A DNA stretch of 63,853 nucleotides, filler included, from Octopus bimaculoides (Eukaryota): the NCBI RefSeq assembly GCF_001194135.2. It is 7 parts of 6 records of this genome, joined end to end, with 100 filler letters (N's around TTAATTAATTAA, not from the genome) between each part and the next. Parts side by side here need not be neighbours in the genome. Positions count along the whole stretch, not along the records: positions 32,518 to 53,666 come from NC_068984.1; 6 more parts are not named here. One strand, given 5' to 3'. This document shows positions 38,471 to 50,785 of the stretch, one piece after another. Under the pieces are notes generated by a model, which searched no databases, was not told where the DNA came from, and saw nothing but the letters and a program-made list of their open reading frames with translations. Made by a program: the position numbers and the translations under genes. Each line of letters starts with the position of its first letter. The first letter of the stretch is position 1.

Positions 38471-38636
38471 GGCGCAGGTGTAGTTGTGAGGTAAGAAGCT
38501 TACTTCCAAACCACATAGTTCCGGGTTCAATCCCACTGCGTGGCACCTTGGGCAAGTGTCTTCTACTGTAGCCTCGGCAGATCAAAGCCATGTTAGTGGA
38601 TTTGATAGACGGAAACTGAAAAAAAGCCTGTCGTAT
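38471..38636 (+). mobile_element. SINE family C, 5' half (tRNA head plus CORE-like motif)
   Basis: ggcgcaggtgtagttgtgaggtaagaagc...gggttcaatccc...ggcaccttgggcaagtgtcttctact. Confidence 0.85.
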
Positions 38637-39861
38637 ATAAACTTCATGTTTCAGTTATGATGTCAATATGTATGAAACTTACAACTACTGATATACCCTG
38701 TACATTTATGTGTATATATTGAAATATGAAGAAGAGTTCAGTTACACTAACAATTCTGTACTTCTGTTGTAATACTATATATCACTAGAAGCTTCACGTC
38801 TCCTTATATGTGAGGGTTTAATACACTGAGTAGATCGAGTATTTCTCCGAAAAACTCTGATTACATGTTTGATCCTGCTGTCCATCAACAGGAGTAACTT
38901 TTCAAACCAGGCGAGGTACTAACACTATTCCCATCGTCATATTCCCTACAAGTTTCAAATGGTTCCTATTTATATTTGATTCTTTCTGTCTGGCTCAGCT
39001 TTCCAATCACAAGTACGACGCGTATTGCAACGAGAGAAATTTGTTGAATTACCGATATTTTAAAAACAACATTTAATCATCTATCGGACGGATCGTAGTT
39101 AACGGGGCAGCACGAGTTTGATATTCCATTAATTCGAAAAGAATTTATAGCCTGTTCGGATGAGACGAACAGTACGATAACTGAGCAACAATCGTAGCAA
39201 AAATGACTAAAATATTTTCTCTTGTGGGGTAGGGGAACTGGGGGGAAAACGCTTTTAACCCCATTTTAATTACTTGAGTCATTCGTTCTGTAATTCCTTT
39301 TGATTATGGGTGATATGGAAGGGTTTTGTAAGGAATGTAACCAATTTTCTGTAGTCAAGAACAGAGGTTATTACTAAAGGATTCTGAACCAGAGAACTTA
39401 TTAAATTATCGAATGCCCTTGTCTGGACATTTGCTGTTGTGTCAGACTACATACATATATTTATACATACGTACATAATGCATACACACATTCATACATG
39501 CACACAAGCGCGCACACACATACACACATGTTATCGGGTATAATGTATAACGAATCGAATGCTAAATCATTTATATTGGTAAAAAGGATACACTATATAG
39601 AGAGAATGCAGAGTGTAAATATTATTATGTATCTTAAAGAATATTTTACGCGTTTTACTTTCTTTCTCCACGCAAAGCTGTGCATCACGCAAAGATTATC
39701 TGCTGTAATGCGACGCACAGTGAAACAAATTATAACATCTGAGAGAGATACTATTTAACACACACACACACACACACACACAAACATACACAAACACACA
39801 CACNNNNNNNNNNNNNNNNNNNNNNNNNNNNNNNNNNNNNNNNNNNNNNNNNNNNNNNNNN

Positions 39862-39904
<43 letters not shown>

Positions 39905-39907
<3 letters not shown>

Positions 39908-40158
39908 CTTAAGTGAAACACTTTATTTCACGTTGCTCCAGTTCACTCAGCTGTAGAAATGAGTTGCGACGTCATTGGTGCCAAGCTGTATCAGCCATTA
40001 CCTTTCTTTTGGATAACATTGGTGGTGTGGAGAGGAAAGGCTGGTATGCATAGACGACTGTTGGTTTTCCATAAACAACCTTGCCCGGACTTGTGCCCCA
40101 GAGGGGAACTTTCTAGGTGCAATCCGTTAGCCATTCATGGTCGAAGGGGGTCTATACG
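39905..40158 (+). mobile_element. SINE 3' portion (shares core with family D)
   Basis: aaacactttatttcacgttgctccagttcactcagctgtagaaatgag core. Confidence 0.65.
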
Positions 40159-40634
40159 CTATTTTTGTTCGTTCCCGTCTGGGCTATAAAATGTCTTTTT
40201 GTATTTTTGTTGGTCGTAATTGTTTATACCAATATGTCATTCCTGACGAAGAATCTAATTTCTATTTCAAGAAGAGTGGATCTTTCATATTTGACGGGCA
40301 ACACTTTTCATTTATGTTTTATTTAGTGTGTTTTCTACCGAAACACTTTCAAACTTCGTATACTTGTATATTTTGTGTTATAGAACAGATAAAAATTTTT
40401 GTATTCGAAGTTATTTCATGTAAAAAATTGTCGTATTTCGGTAATTTCAACCAATCACTGATGTCTATTGAGGTGAAAACAATTACTGCTGTGGAATGTA
40501 AACAACACGTTGTGCGGTGTAATGGGATCTTTTCCCTTGAATAAAATTAGTGCCGTTGTTTGTCAACAACAACTATCGGCGGTAGTTATTTATGACATCG
40601 TTCATGCGTTTGTACTGGTTTTAGTTTTAGCGTT

Positions 40635-40802
40635 TTAGGGTTAGGGTTCGGGTTAGGGTTTTAGGGTTAGAGTTAGGGTTCGGGTTAGGGTTAGGGTTTT
40701 AGGGTTAGAGTTAGGGTTCGGGTTAGGGTTAGGGTTAGGGTTAGGGTTAGGGTTAGGGTTTTAGGGTTAGAGTTAGGGTTCGGGTTAGGGTTAGGGTTAG
40801 GG
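40635..40802 (+). repeat. Interstitial telomere-like (TTAGGG)n array with variant units
   Basis: TTAGGG interspersed with TTCGGG, TTAGAG and TTTTAGGG in a repeated block. Ends at an N-gap. Confidence 0.9.
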
Positions 40803-41068
40803 NNNNNNNNNNNNNNNNNNNNNNNNNNNNNNNNNNNNNNNNNNNNNNNNNNNNNNNNNNNNNNNNNNNNNNNNNNNNNNNNNNNNNNNNNNNNNNNNNN
40901 NNNNNNNNNNNNNNNNNNNNNNNNNNNNNNNNNATATATACATATACATACGCTTAAACATTCTTTTTTTCTTCATTTTCTTCTTCCTGTAGTTCTTCTT
41001 CTTCTTCTTCTTCTTCTTCTTCTTCTTCTTCTTCTTCTTTCCACCCCCTTTTCTCCATTTTTTTTTCT

Positions 41069-41106
41069 TTTTCCTGATGAAGAATTAGCGTCCGAAACGT
41101 TGAAGA
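41069..41106 (+). ncRNA. Hammerhead ribozyme-like motif (weak stem II)
   Basis: TTTTC-CTGATGA-AGAATTAGCGTCC-GAAA-CGT-T-GAAGA. Intact core, palindromic ACGT, 5-bp stem I. Confidence 0.55.
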
Positions 41107-41313
41107 CTGTTTCCTTTTTCTTTCGAGCATTAGTTTTGATTCTTGAGATGTCTTCTCTGCTCATAAGGAACTGGTCTCAATTGCCATTTGGTAATTGAAA
41201 CACACTCCTTGGGGGCGGTAAAGTTTATACAAATATATGTATGTATGTTATCAATCAGTTTCATTTCTCTATCTACCTATCGATCGATCGATCTATTTAC
41301 TATTATTTTATTA

Positions 41314-41530
41314 GGCGGCGAGTTAGCAGAATCGTTAGCATGCCGGGCAAAATGTTTAGCGGCATTTTGTCTCCTGTACGTTCTGAGCTCAAATTCCATT
41401 GAGGTCTACTTTGTCTTTCATCCCGTCAGCGTCGTTAAAATAACTACCAGTTGTATACTGGGGTCAATCAATGTAAACGACTTAAAACCTCCCGGAACTT
41501 GGATGTCCTTGCGTCAAAATTTGAAACCAA
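41314..41530 (+). mobile_element. SINE family A, full length
   Basis: ggcggcgagttagcagaatcgttagcatgccgggc...tcaaaatttgaaacc. Confidence 0.85.
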
Positions 41531-41738
41531 CATTATATTATATTATATACTCACATGTCCCTTACACACATGTTCATACATGTATGTATGTATGTTATGT
41601 AAGTATGTGTGTTTTGAAACAGATAATAAGGGAGAGAAATGCAGTTGTGAAGCCAGCAATGTTTTAGTGAACAGCCACAAGACAATAGTGTCAACTAGAT
41701 TGCAGTGGATGTTGAGGGAAGGGATATATGTGTGCGCA

Positions 41739-41821
<83 letters not shown>

Positions 41822-42032
41822 CTGCGCGTGAATTACGTGTATGTTTTGAGAATGTGTGTGAATGTTTGAAATTCATGTTATAATGTATTTGTGTATATGA
41901 ATGACCGCATGCGATATATATATATAATTCATACACACATACCGTACATATATTTATATATGTATATACTTATAAATACATACATATACATGCATAAATA
42001 TATATATATATGCATACATATACGACATGTAC

Positions 42033-42076
<44 letters not shown>

Positions 42077-42149
42077 GTGAGTGTGCATGCGTTTATGTAT
42101 ACGTGTGAGGTCTGCTGCCTTACCTAGGATTTGGTAGGTAGGTGTGGGT

Positions 42150-43030
42150 CCCTTTCTATGCGGGGAACCGTTGGTGGAGGTAGACGTTGTGGTTTTGATG
42201 CTGATGCTAGTTTTGGTAAGATGGTGTTGGTGGTAGCAGTAATGGTGGTGACAGCAATGGTGATCATAATGGTGGTGGTGGTGTTGCTGTCGGTAGTGAT
42301 TCTAGAAGTGGTGCCGTTGTTGTTGTTGTTGGAGGTGGAGGTAATGTTGATGGTGGAGGTCATGCTGCTGGTATCGATGGCGGTGCCACTGGTGATGATG
42401 GCGATGTAGAAGTGTTGGTTGTNNNNNNNNNNNNNNNNNNNNNNNNNNNNNNNNNNNNNNNNNNNNNNNNNNNNNNNNNNNNNNNNNNNNNNNNNNNNNN
42501 NNNNNNNNNNNNNNNNNNNNNNNNNNNNNNNNNNNNNNNNNNNNNNNNNNNGGTGGTGGTGGTGGCGGTGGTGGCGGTGCTGGCTGTGGTGCTGGTGGTT
42601 ATGGTGGTGCTGAGGGTTGTGGTTGTGATTACAGTGTTGGTAATACTGGTGGTGGTGATGGTGGTGGTTGTGGTAGTGTTGTAGTTGTCGTTGTGGGTGG
42701 TGGTGGTGGTAGTCCTAAGAATGTGAGGGTGGTGATAGCGATGGTTTCTGTGCTAGTAGCTGTTGAAGACATTGTGGTGGTGGTGTGGTGTTGTTGGTAG
42801 TGGTGGTGTTTGTGTTTGTGTTGTTGTTGGTGGTGATGATGATTCCAGTGATGGTTGTGAGATGGTAATGAGGACGATGGGGAAGGGGTGGCTCTAAAAA
42901 AAACGGTGAAGTAGTGGCGGCGATGATAGTGATAGTTTGTGTGGTAGTGGTAGTGGTAGTTGTGGTGGTGGCGGCGGCGGTGGTTTGGTTTGGTGGTGGT
43001 GGAGGAGGTGATAGCTGTGATGGCAGGCAA
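42150..43030. repeat. (GGT/GTT)n low-complexity tract
   Basis: Degenerate trinucleotide runs around an N-gap. Similar tracts at 32518-33050 and 43650-43752. Confidence 0.85.
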
Positions 43031-43408
43031 CTTCACAAGATTCAGCGAGTCACGTGTTCTAATTCATACACTAGATTGCTAGATCAATCATAGTCCTCTC
43101 TTTTAGATGTAAAAGGAGAAAGGAAAACGACTGTGTGTGTGTGTGTGTAAGTGTGTATGTATGTGTGTGTGTCTGTGTATGTGTGTGTGAGCGTGTGCAG
43201 GTGTGTATATGTCTCTGTGACTCGGTATGTATGTATACGTATGAATGTTTGCGTATGTTTATATATATGAGCGCAAGTATATAAGTATATACATACATGC
43301 ATGCAAACATGTGTGTGTGTACGTGTGTATGTGTGTGTGTATATGTGTGTACGTGTGTGTGTGTGTGTACGCACACAAACATAGACACACACACATGCCT
43401 ACACATCT

Positions 43409-43444
<36 letters not shown>

Positions 43445-43517
43445 GTACACACGTATATTTATATCATGCACACGCACACACATATATCTACATGTATATG
43501 CATGTATGCATCCATGC

Positions 43518-43549
<32 letters not shown>

Positions 43550-44352
43550 GTATGTGTATGCATATGTATGTAAGTATATACGTGTTTCAAAGAAATCAAT
43601 AAACAGCCGACAACTTTCTGTTGTGGCATTAGTAACAGTGTTTAGGTATGTATGGTGGTGATGGTGATGGTGGTATTATTGATGGTGGTGGTGGTGGTGT
43701 TAGTGGTGTTGCTACTAATGGTGGTGGTGGTGGTGGTGGTGGTGGTGGTGGTNNNNNNNNNNNNNNNNNNNNNNNNNNNNNNNNNNNNNNNNNNNNNNNN
43801 NNNNNNNNNNNNNNNNNNNNNNNNNNNNNNNNNNNNNNNNNNNNNNNNNNNNNNNNNNNNNNNNNNNNNNNNNNNNNNNNNNNNNNNNNNNNNNNNNNNN
43901 NNNNNNNNNNNNNNNNNNNNNNNNNNNNNNNNNNNNNNNNNNNNNNNNNNNNNNNNNNNNNNNNNNNNNNNNNNNNNNNNNNNNNNNNNNNNNNNNNNNN
44001 NNNNNNNNNNNNNNNNNNNNNNNNNNNNNNNNNNNNNNNNNNNNNNNNNNNNNNNNNNNNNNNNNNNNNNNNNNNNNNNNNNNNNNNNNNNNNNNNNNNN
44101 NNNNNNNNNNNNNNNNNNNNNNNNNNNNNNNNNNNNNNNNNNNNNNNNNNNNNNNNNNNNNNNNNNNNNNNNNNNNNNNNNNNNNNNNNNNNNNNNNNNN
44201 NNNNNNNNNNNNNNNNNNNNNNNNNNNNNNNNNNNNNNNNNNNNNNNNNNNNNNNNNNNNNNNNNNNNNNNNNNNNNNNNNNNNNNNNNNNNNNNNNNNN
44301 NNNNNNNNNNNNNNNNNNNNNNNNNNNNNNNNNNNNNNNNNNNNNNNNNNNN

Positions 44353-44383
<31 letters not shown>

Positions 44384-44660
44384 CATACATACATATGTAT
44401 ATATATATATACTTATAGATATATACATATAATATACACATATATATTTATATATATATATATACACACACACATGCATATGCATATATATATGTATGCA
44501 TGCATATATGTATGTATCTCTCTCTCTCTATCTATCTATCTATCTACATATCTATCTCTATATCTGTATGTATTATATATAGACTGTATGATGTGATAAA
44601 GAACATACATACATACATACACACATGATTCAGCTTTTTCTTTCCTTCTTCTAACTACAA

Positions 44661-44696
44661 CTTTCTGAAAAAGCGTTTAAGGTCGAAACGTCAAAG
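44661..44696 (+). ncRNA. Degenerate hammerhead ribozyme motif
   Basis: CTTT-CTGAAAA-AGCGTTTAAGGTC-GAAA-CGT-C-AAAG. Stem I CTTT/AAAG and GUC triplet intact. G8 is mutated and stem II is broken. Confidence 0.5.
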
Positions 44697-45053
44697 CCAT
44701 TCTACTTTCTTAAATATCTCCTTGATCATCAGGTTGATAATTACACGTTGTTTTCACTTTGTCTTTTCGATATTCACGTCGTTAATTTTGAATCTATATA
44801 TACATACCTACGTATACTCATACATATTTTTGTATATCTTAAAATATATTAAAATTATTTGATATCCGCTGCGACTTCCTTCCATTTGCACAGTGCATGA
44901 GCAGAAGTGAAGTGACGTCCTTTTCGCTCTGAAATAGCAGACAGATATTTCTACAATCCTTATATATTGAAACTGTGAGGTAAATTCTGTGCAGAAAAGC
45001 TTTTCATATTCATTTAACATATTTACTTGTATTTCTACGCTTAACGTAATCTA

Positions 45054-45180
45054 CAGGGTGTCCACAAAATCTGGGTACACGGGGATTAACACATACCTTA
45101 AGAAATTATTATTTCTTATATTTAATTGTTTATGTTATGATTTTATTTACTCCATGTACCCAGACCTTGTGGACATCCTG
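45054..45180. mobile_element. 127-bp Tc1/mariner-type MITE
   Basis: TA-cagggtgtccacaaaatctgggtaca ... tgtacccagaccttgtggacatcctg-TA. TA TSD on both sides. Confidence 0.85.
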
Positions 45181-45660
45181 TATATTTGAACGATTTCGCA
45201 TCAGGCAATAGAGTGTATATTTATGAGAAATTCAAAGATAGGAAGTTAGATTGATACTATTTTTTTTAGTTTATTTGATTGTTTCTGAATTTTAGAAGTT
45301 CCCCAAATTTCTATAGGCATCCGATGGATATCCAAAATTTCCATTTCTAATGAGTGCTGTTTTAAGGGATAAACACACTGGACAATTGTTCTCGGGGCTT
45401 CATGAGTCAAGGCACCCAAAGCAAATCTTTGTATGCTGTGGCTTGCCGTCACTAGATAAATACTATGGACCGCAATACGTTGTTTTGGAGGGAATTTTGT
45501 TGTTCAAATGTATATCACAATAAACGAAAAATTATTAGTGAACTGTCTTGTCTCCTCTTATATTTTCCCCCCTCAGTGTTGATAAAAGAGCTCGAAACTG
45601 AAAAATGCATATTTTGATGTAATGATGATGACGTTGGTGGTGCTGATGAGGGTGGTGATG

Positions 45661-45778
<118 letters not shown>

Positions 45779-46247
45779 NNNNNNNNNNNNNNNNNNNNNN
45801 NNNNNNNNNNNNNNNNNNNNNNNNNNNNNNNNNNNNNNNNNNNNNNNNNNNNNNNNNNNNNNNNNNNNNNNNNNNNNNNNNNNNNNNNNNNNNNNNNNNN
45901 NNNNNNNNNNNNNNNNNNNNNNNNNNNNNNNNNNNNNNNNNNNNNNNNNNNNNNNNNNNNNNNNNNNNNNNNNNNNNNNNNNNNNNNNNNNNNNNNNNNN
46001 NNNNNNNNNNNNNNNNNNNNNNNNNNNNNNNNNNNNNNNNNNNNNNNNNNNNNNNNNNNNNNNNNNNNNNNNNNNNNNNNNNNNNNNNNNNNNNNNNNNN
46101 NNNNNNNNNNNNNNNNNNNNNNNNNNNNNNNNNNNNNNNNNNNNNNNNNNNNNNNNNNNNNNNNNNNNNNNNNNNNNNNNNNNNNNNNNNNNNNNNNNNN
46201 NNNNNNNNNNNNNNNNNNNNNNNNNNNNNNNNNNNNNNNNNNNNNNN

Positions 46248-46306
<59 letters not shown>

Positions 46307-46337
46307 CAACAACAACAACAATAATAATAATAATAAT

Positions 46338-46548
46338 CTTTTCTATTATAAGCATAAGGCCTGAAATTTGAGAGAGGAGGATATTCGATTACATCGACCC
46401 CAGTACTCAACTGATATTTAATTTATCGACTACGCAAGGATGAAAGATAAAGTCGACCTCGGCGCAATTTGAACTCGGAACGTAGCGACGGGCGAAATAA
46501 CGCTAAGCATTTTGTCCAGCGTGCTAACAATTCTGCCAGTTCGCCACC
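46338..46548 (-). mobile_element. SINE family A, full length
   Basis: Minus-strand head ggtggcgaactggcagaattgttagcacgctggacaaaatgcttagcg, with an (ATT)n tail toward the gap. Confidence 0.88.
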
Positions 46549-46613
46549 TTAACAACAACAACAACAACAACAATAATAACAAATAACGCAAACAACACTA
46601 TCAATAAGGAAGA

Positions 46614-47535
46614 AACCTAGAAACAATAAGGATGAAACCTAGCCCAAAGTAAGAAAACCTTACTAGTGACAGTTGGGAATGAGGGAGTATTGAGAGCAGA
46701 GATAAAAAAAGGGAAAACAAAGGAAGAAGTACAAAAAGGACACGAAGAAGAATTACGCAACAAGGAACTACACAACCAATTCCATGTAGCCACAACAGAA
46801 GTTGTTGGAAAAAGTAGGTGGTATTGGCTGATGAAAGGAACCCTAAAAAAGGAGACCGAGAGCGGTCAACCTGAGAAATGAACAACTGTCTCCGCTGTGT
46901 TGCATCTGCAATAGAGTGGGTGAAATCATTGCCCATATCACGAACGAATGCTTTAGACTTGCTCAAAACCACTATAAGTTGTGGCGACACGACCAGGTAG
47001 CGAAAGTGCTATATTGGAAGCTGTGCGGAAAGTGGAGGCTAGATAGAGGGAAGACGTGGTATGAGCACAGAGCGCAAAAAGTGGCGGAGTCGGAGACTAG
47101 CAAAATCCTCTGGGATTTCCCAATCCAAACAGACCAGGTGCTAGAGCATAACAGACCGGACCTGGTGGTGGATAAGGTACACCACATATGCTATATAGTT
47201 GACCCACGAATAGTCAAGACGGAAGGCGAAAAGATAGATACATACAACCCTCTTAAGTACGAAATAGCCCGCCTATGGAAAATGAAAGTGAAAGTAGTGC
47301 CAATTATGGTTGGGTCCTTGGGAACAATATCAGAAGGCATCAAGAGGAGTATAAAGGAAATTGGAATACAGTGCCCAGTAGAACTGTTACAAAAGGTTTT
47401 TGCCTCATTGGCACGCCCAGAATAATCAGGAAAGTATTAGACGAAAAGAACGAATAGCGTGGTACCGTAGGCTGCAGGTAGTAAGCGCGCTTACTCCAGG
47501 AGCTTCAACAAAACCTGTCATAAAGAGAAAATAAT
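46614..47535 (+). mobile_element. 5'-truncated R4/Dong-like non-LTR retrotransposon (restriction-like endonuclease)
   Basis: C-C..HI..C..LAQ..Y..RHD zinc knuckle region, ILWDFPIQTD..LEHNRPDLVV (PD-D/ExK endonuclease), VVPIMVGSLG, (TAA)n tail and a 42-bp TSD. Confidence 0.88.
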
Positions 47536-47629
47536 AATAATAACAAATAACGCAAACAACACTATGAATAAGGAAGATGAAGGTGAAGATGGCAGCAGTT
47601 TCTTTTATAATAACCGTTATAATACAAAT

Positions 47630-48012
47630 GGAGGCGCAATGGCCCAGTGGTTAGGGCAGCGGACTCGAGGTCATAGGATCGCGGTTTCGATTCCCAAACC
47701 GGGCGTTGTGAGTGTTTATTGAGCGAAAACACCTAAATCTCCACGACGCTCCGGCAGGGGATGGTGGCAAACCCTGCTGTACTCTTCCACCACAACCTTC
47801 TCTCACTCTTACTTCCTGTTTCTGTTGTGCCTGTAATTCAAAGGGTTAGCCTTGTCACACTGTGTCACGCTGAATATCCCCGAGAACTACGTTAAGGGTA
47901 CACGTGTCTGTGGAGTGCTCAGCCACTTGCACGTTAATTTCACGAGCAGGCTGTTCCGTTGATCGGATCAACTGGAACCCTCGACGTCGTAAGCGACGGA
48001 GTGCCAACAACA
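47630..48012 (+). mobile_element. SINE family B, full length
   Basis: Complete copy with 11-bp TSD ataatacaaat (47619-47629 and 48013-48023). Confidence 0.92.
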
Positions 48013-48519
48013 ATAATACAAATATTAGAGTATTAATAATAATAATATTACTATATTTTATTGTACCGTATTTTCATCATCGATCAGTTATTTCTCATGT
48101 AATTACTCCCCCCCTCTCTCTCACACTGTATCTGTCTCTCTTTCGTGTGTGTGTGTGTGTGCGTGTGTTTTCTCTGTCCTTTCTTCTCTCTCCTTTTTCT
48201 TCTTTATATTGTTTCTCTCCACCCCACTCTACTCCGTAAACATTCCGTCCTCAATCTTCTTTTTTTCTCCATTCAGAGCTATATGTTGGTTAAAATGTAT
48301 TCTTATAGGAGAACGAAAACTATAAAAAAATTACGACACCCGTATTGAGTTTGTCTACAGAATCTTGTACACCCTTTAACTTTATTTTCATTGTATTTTT
48401 ATTGCATTTTTATTGCAGTTTTATTATAGTTTATAGTTTTCTTTCAAGCCACGAGCAATTGCTTTTTCCTCTCCCGTCCCGCCAATGTCTCTTCTTAGGG
48501 CAACCATTTAGCAGGACCA

Positions 48520-48710
48520 GTGGTATGTCGGACAAAATGCCTTGTGGTATTTAGTTACAGCTCTTTGCGTTCTGAATTTAATTCCCGCCGAGGTCAGGTT
48601 TCCCTTTTATCTATTCGGGTCGATAAAATAAATTACCAGTCAAGTGCTGAGATTAATATATTGTTGTTCCTTATCCTCAAATTTGAGGCTTTCTGTCTGA
48701 GTAAGAAATC
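48520..48710 (+). mobile_element. SINE family A (degenerate)
   Basis: ggacaaaatgccttgtggtattt...cccgccgaggtc...gggtcgataaaataaattaccagt. Confidence 0.7.
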
Positions 48711-49604
48711 AATATATACCTCTTTCTCTCTCACTATTTATTCTAATTCCCTTCCTTCATTATTCAACACGCACTTCTTTTTTCTCTCTGCCTGTACACA
48801 TTTGCCTCACCATAAACCCTGCTAGGTTTTTTTTCTTTTTTAATCGCTTTACAATGCGCCTCTATATAAATATGCTCTTTCTTCCTAGTACTTTACGCTT
48901 ACTTTATAGTCCTTGCTCTCCTTGTTATTCAACTCGACAAAAACCTCAATTGATCCAGCTCCTCCTGTTCTCCGTATCTATCTATGTAGATTTAGGCAGT
49001 CTCACCTTTACTTATTTGTTTTCGCCCTCTCCTCTAATAAACACTACATTTCTCCATAAATTTTGCATGCAATTTTACTACAATAGATCCATTCTTTTCT
49101 TTCTCTATCAACAGTCAGTCACTTTGTTTTTCCTTTTGTCTTCCTCTTTCTCACTGTCTCTTTATATATATATATCTCTTAGTATCCTACTCTCTCAATG
49201 TATATCCTGTTTTATTCGCAGCCATTTTATCTGCAACCGTTACATACTAAATGTATAATTTAAAATTTTAGTATTTCCATTTTTAAAACCATCATTTTTA
49301 CAGAACCCATGTAATCTTGCATATCGCATCGAAAAGCGATAACGCGAAACTCGATGTAATGACGGTGAAATATCTCAGTATTAATTACTGTTGCTATTAG
49401 CTCTACAATATGTTGAGTACTTTTTGTCTCGTTTCTTTTTTTAAATTATTTTTTACAACACACTTTTCTTAAAACATTTTGATTTCTAAAACTTTTTTCT
49501 TTCGCTACAATTATACCTATTTCCACGTGTACAGGCAATTTATGTTGTTGTTGTTATTGTTATCATCATCATCGGCATCACCATTATTATTATTATTATT
49601 ATCA

Positions 49605-49635
<31 letters not shown>

Positions 49636-50399
49636 GTTTTTGATTCGATTTAGACTCGGTTTTTAATGTTCGTATATTTTTCGGTCAATCGTCTTCATTC
49701 AAAACAAAATTCCTGTTATTTTGAAAATTAATAGCCCCCTGTTCAATCAGCTTAAAAATTATTTGGTAACTAAATAATTATCACTATACTGTTTGTGAAT
49801 GTGTATAAACCATCATATCGTTTAAAAAAATCGACGGTTGTCTGATAATCGGTTACGTGACACCCTGAGTAACAAATTTTTCAGTTTCAGTAAGAAACGA
49901 TATTTTACTCCACATGTTAGATACTTAACTACTATTTTTCTCGCCTTGTTTTGCACTTATGTGCTTATATGTGTGTATACATATATGTATATATATATAT
50001 ATATATNNNNNNNNNNNNNNNNNNNNNNNNNNNNNNNNNNNNNNNNNNNNNNNNNNNNNNNNNNNNNNNNNNNNNNNNNNNNNNNNNNNNNNNNNNNNNN
50101 NNNNNNNNNNNNNNNNNNNNNNNNNNNNNNNNNNNNNNNNNNNNNNNNNNNNNNNNNNNNNNNNNNNNNNNNNNNNNNNNNNNNNNNNNNNNNNNNNNNN
50201 NNNNNNNNNNNNNNNNNNNNNNNNNNNNNNNNNNNNNNNNNNNNNNNNNNNNNNNNNNNNNNNNNNNNNNNNNNNNNNNNNNNNNNNNNNNNNNNNNNNN
50301 NNNNNNATATATATATATATATGCATGTATGTAGGTATGTATGTGTATACATACATGCATAGATACATGCGTACATGTATACACGCGCACGCGCGCGAA

Positions 50400-50430
<31 letters not shown>

Positions 50431-50785
50431 GAGAGCAAGCGAGAGGCAGTTGTTTCTTTTTGTTGCGAAAGAGAGGGAGAACCGTCTGGAATTTATCTAA
50501 TTTTTTCGTTGGTAACGTTTAATGGAGTGAAATACATCATATAACTTTTATATATTTAATTTGATTTGATTTTCTCGTTCCAACTATATAGTCCTTAATA
50601 TCTATATACAGACGCACCATTTCGATTTAATTGAATCTCATCGGTACGAAGTGACTAAGGATCTAATAAATTGAATTGTATTATTTATATTATATGTGCC
50701 TGTATGTGTCTCTGTAAGTGCGTACCTAAGTAATTTTATAGATGTGCAAACAAATAACAATAGATACAAAATAATCGATACTTAA

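Noticed and set aside
40236-40275. CTGACGA plus hairpin
   Set aside because: No GAAA follows the stem, so the core is incomplete.
44810-44990. Exon-like segments on both strands
   Set aside because: Stops in all frames on the plus strand, and no consistent donor/acceptor pair with an open frame on the minus strand.
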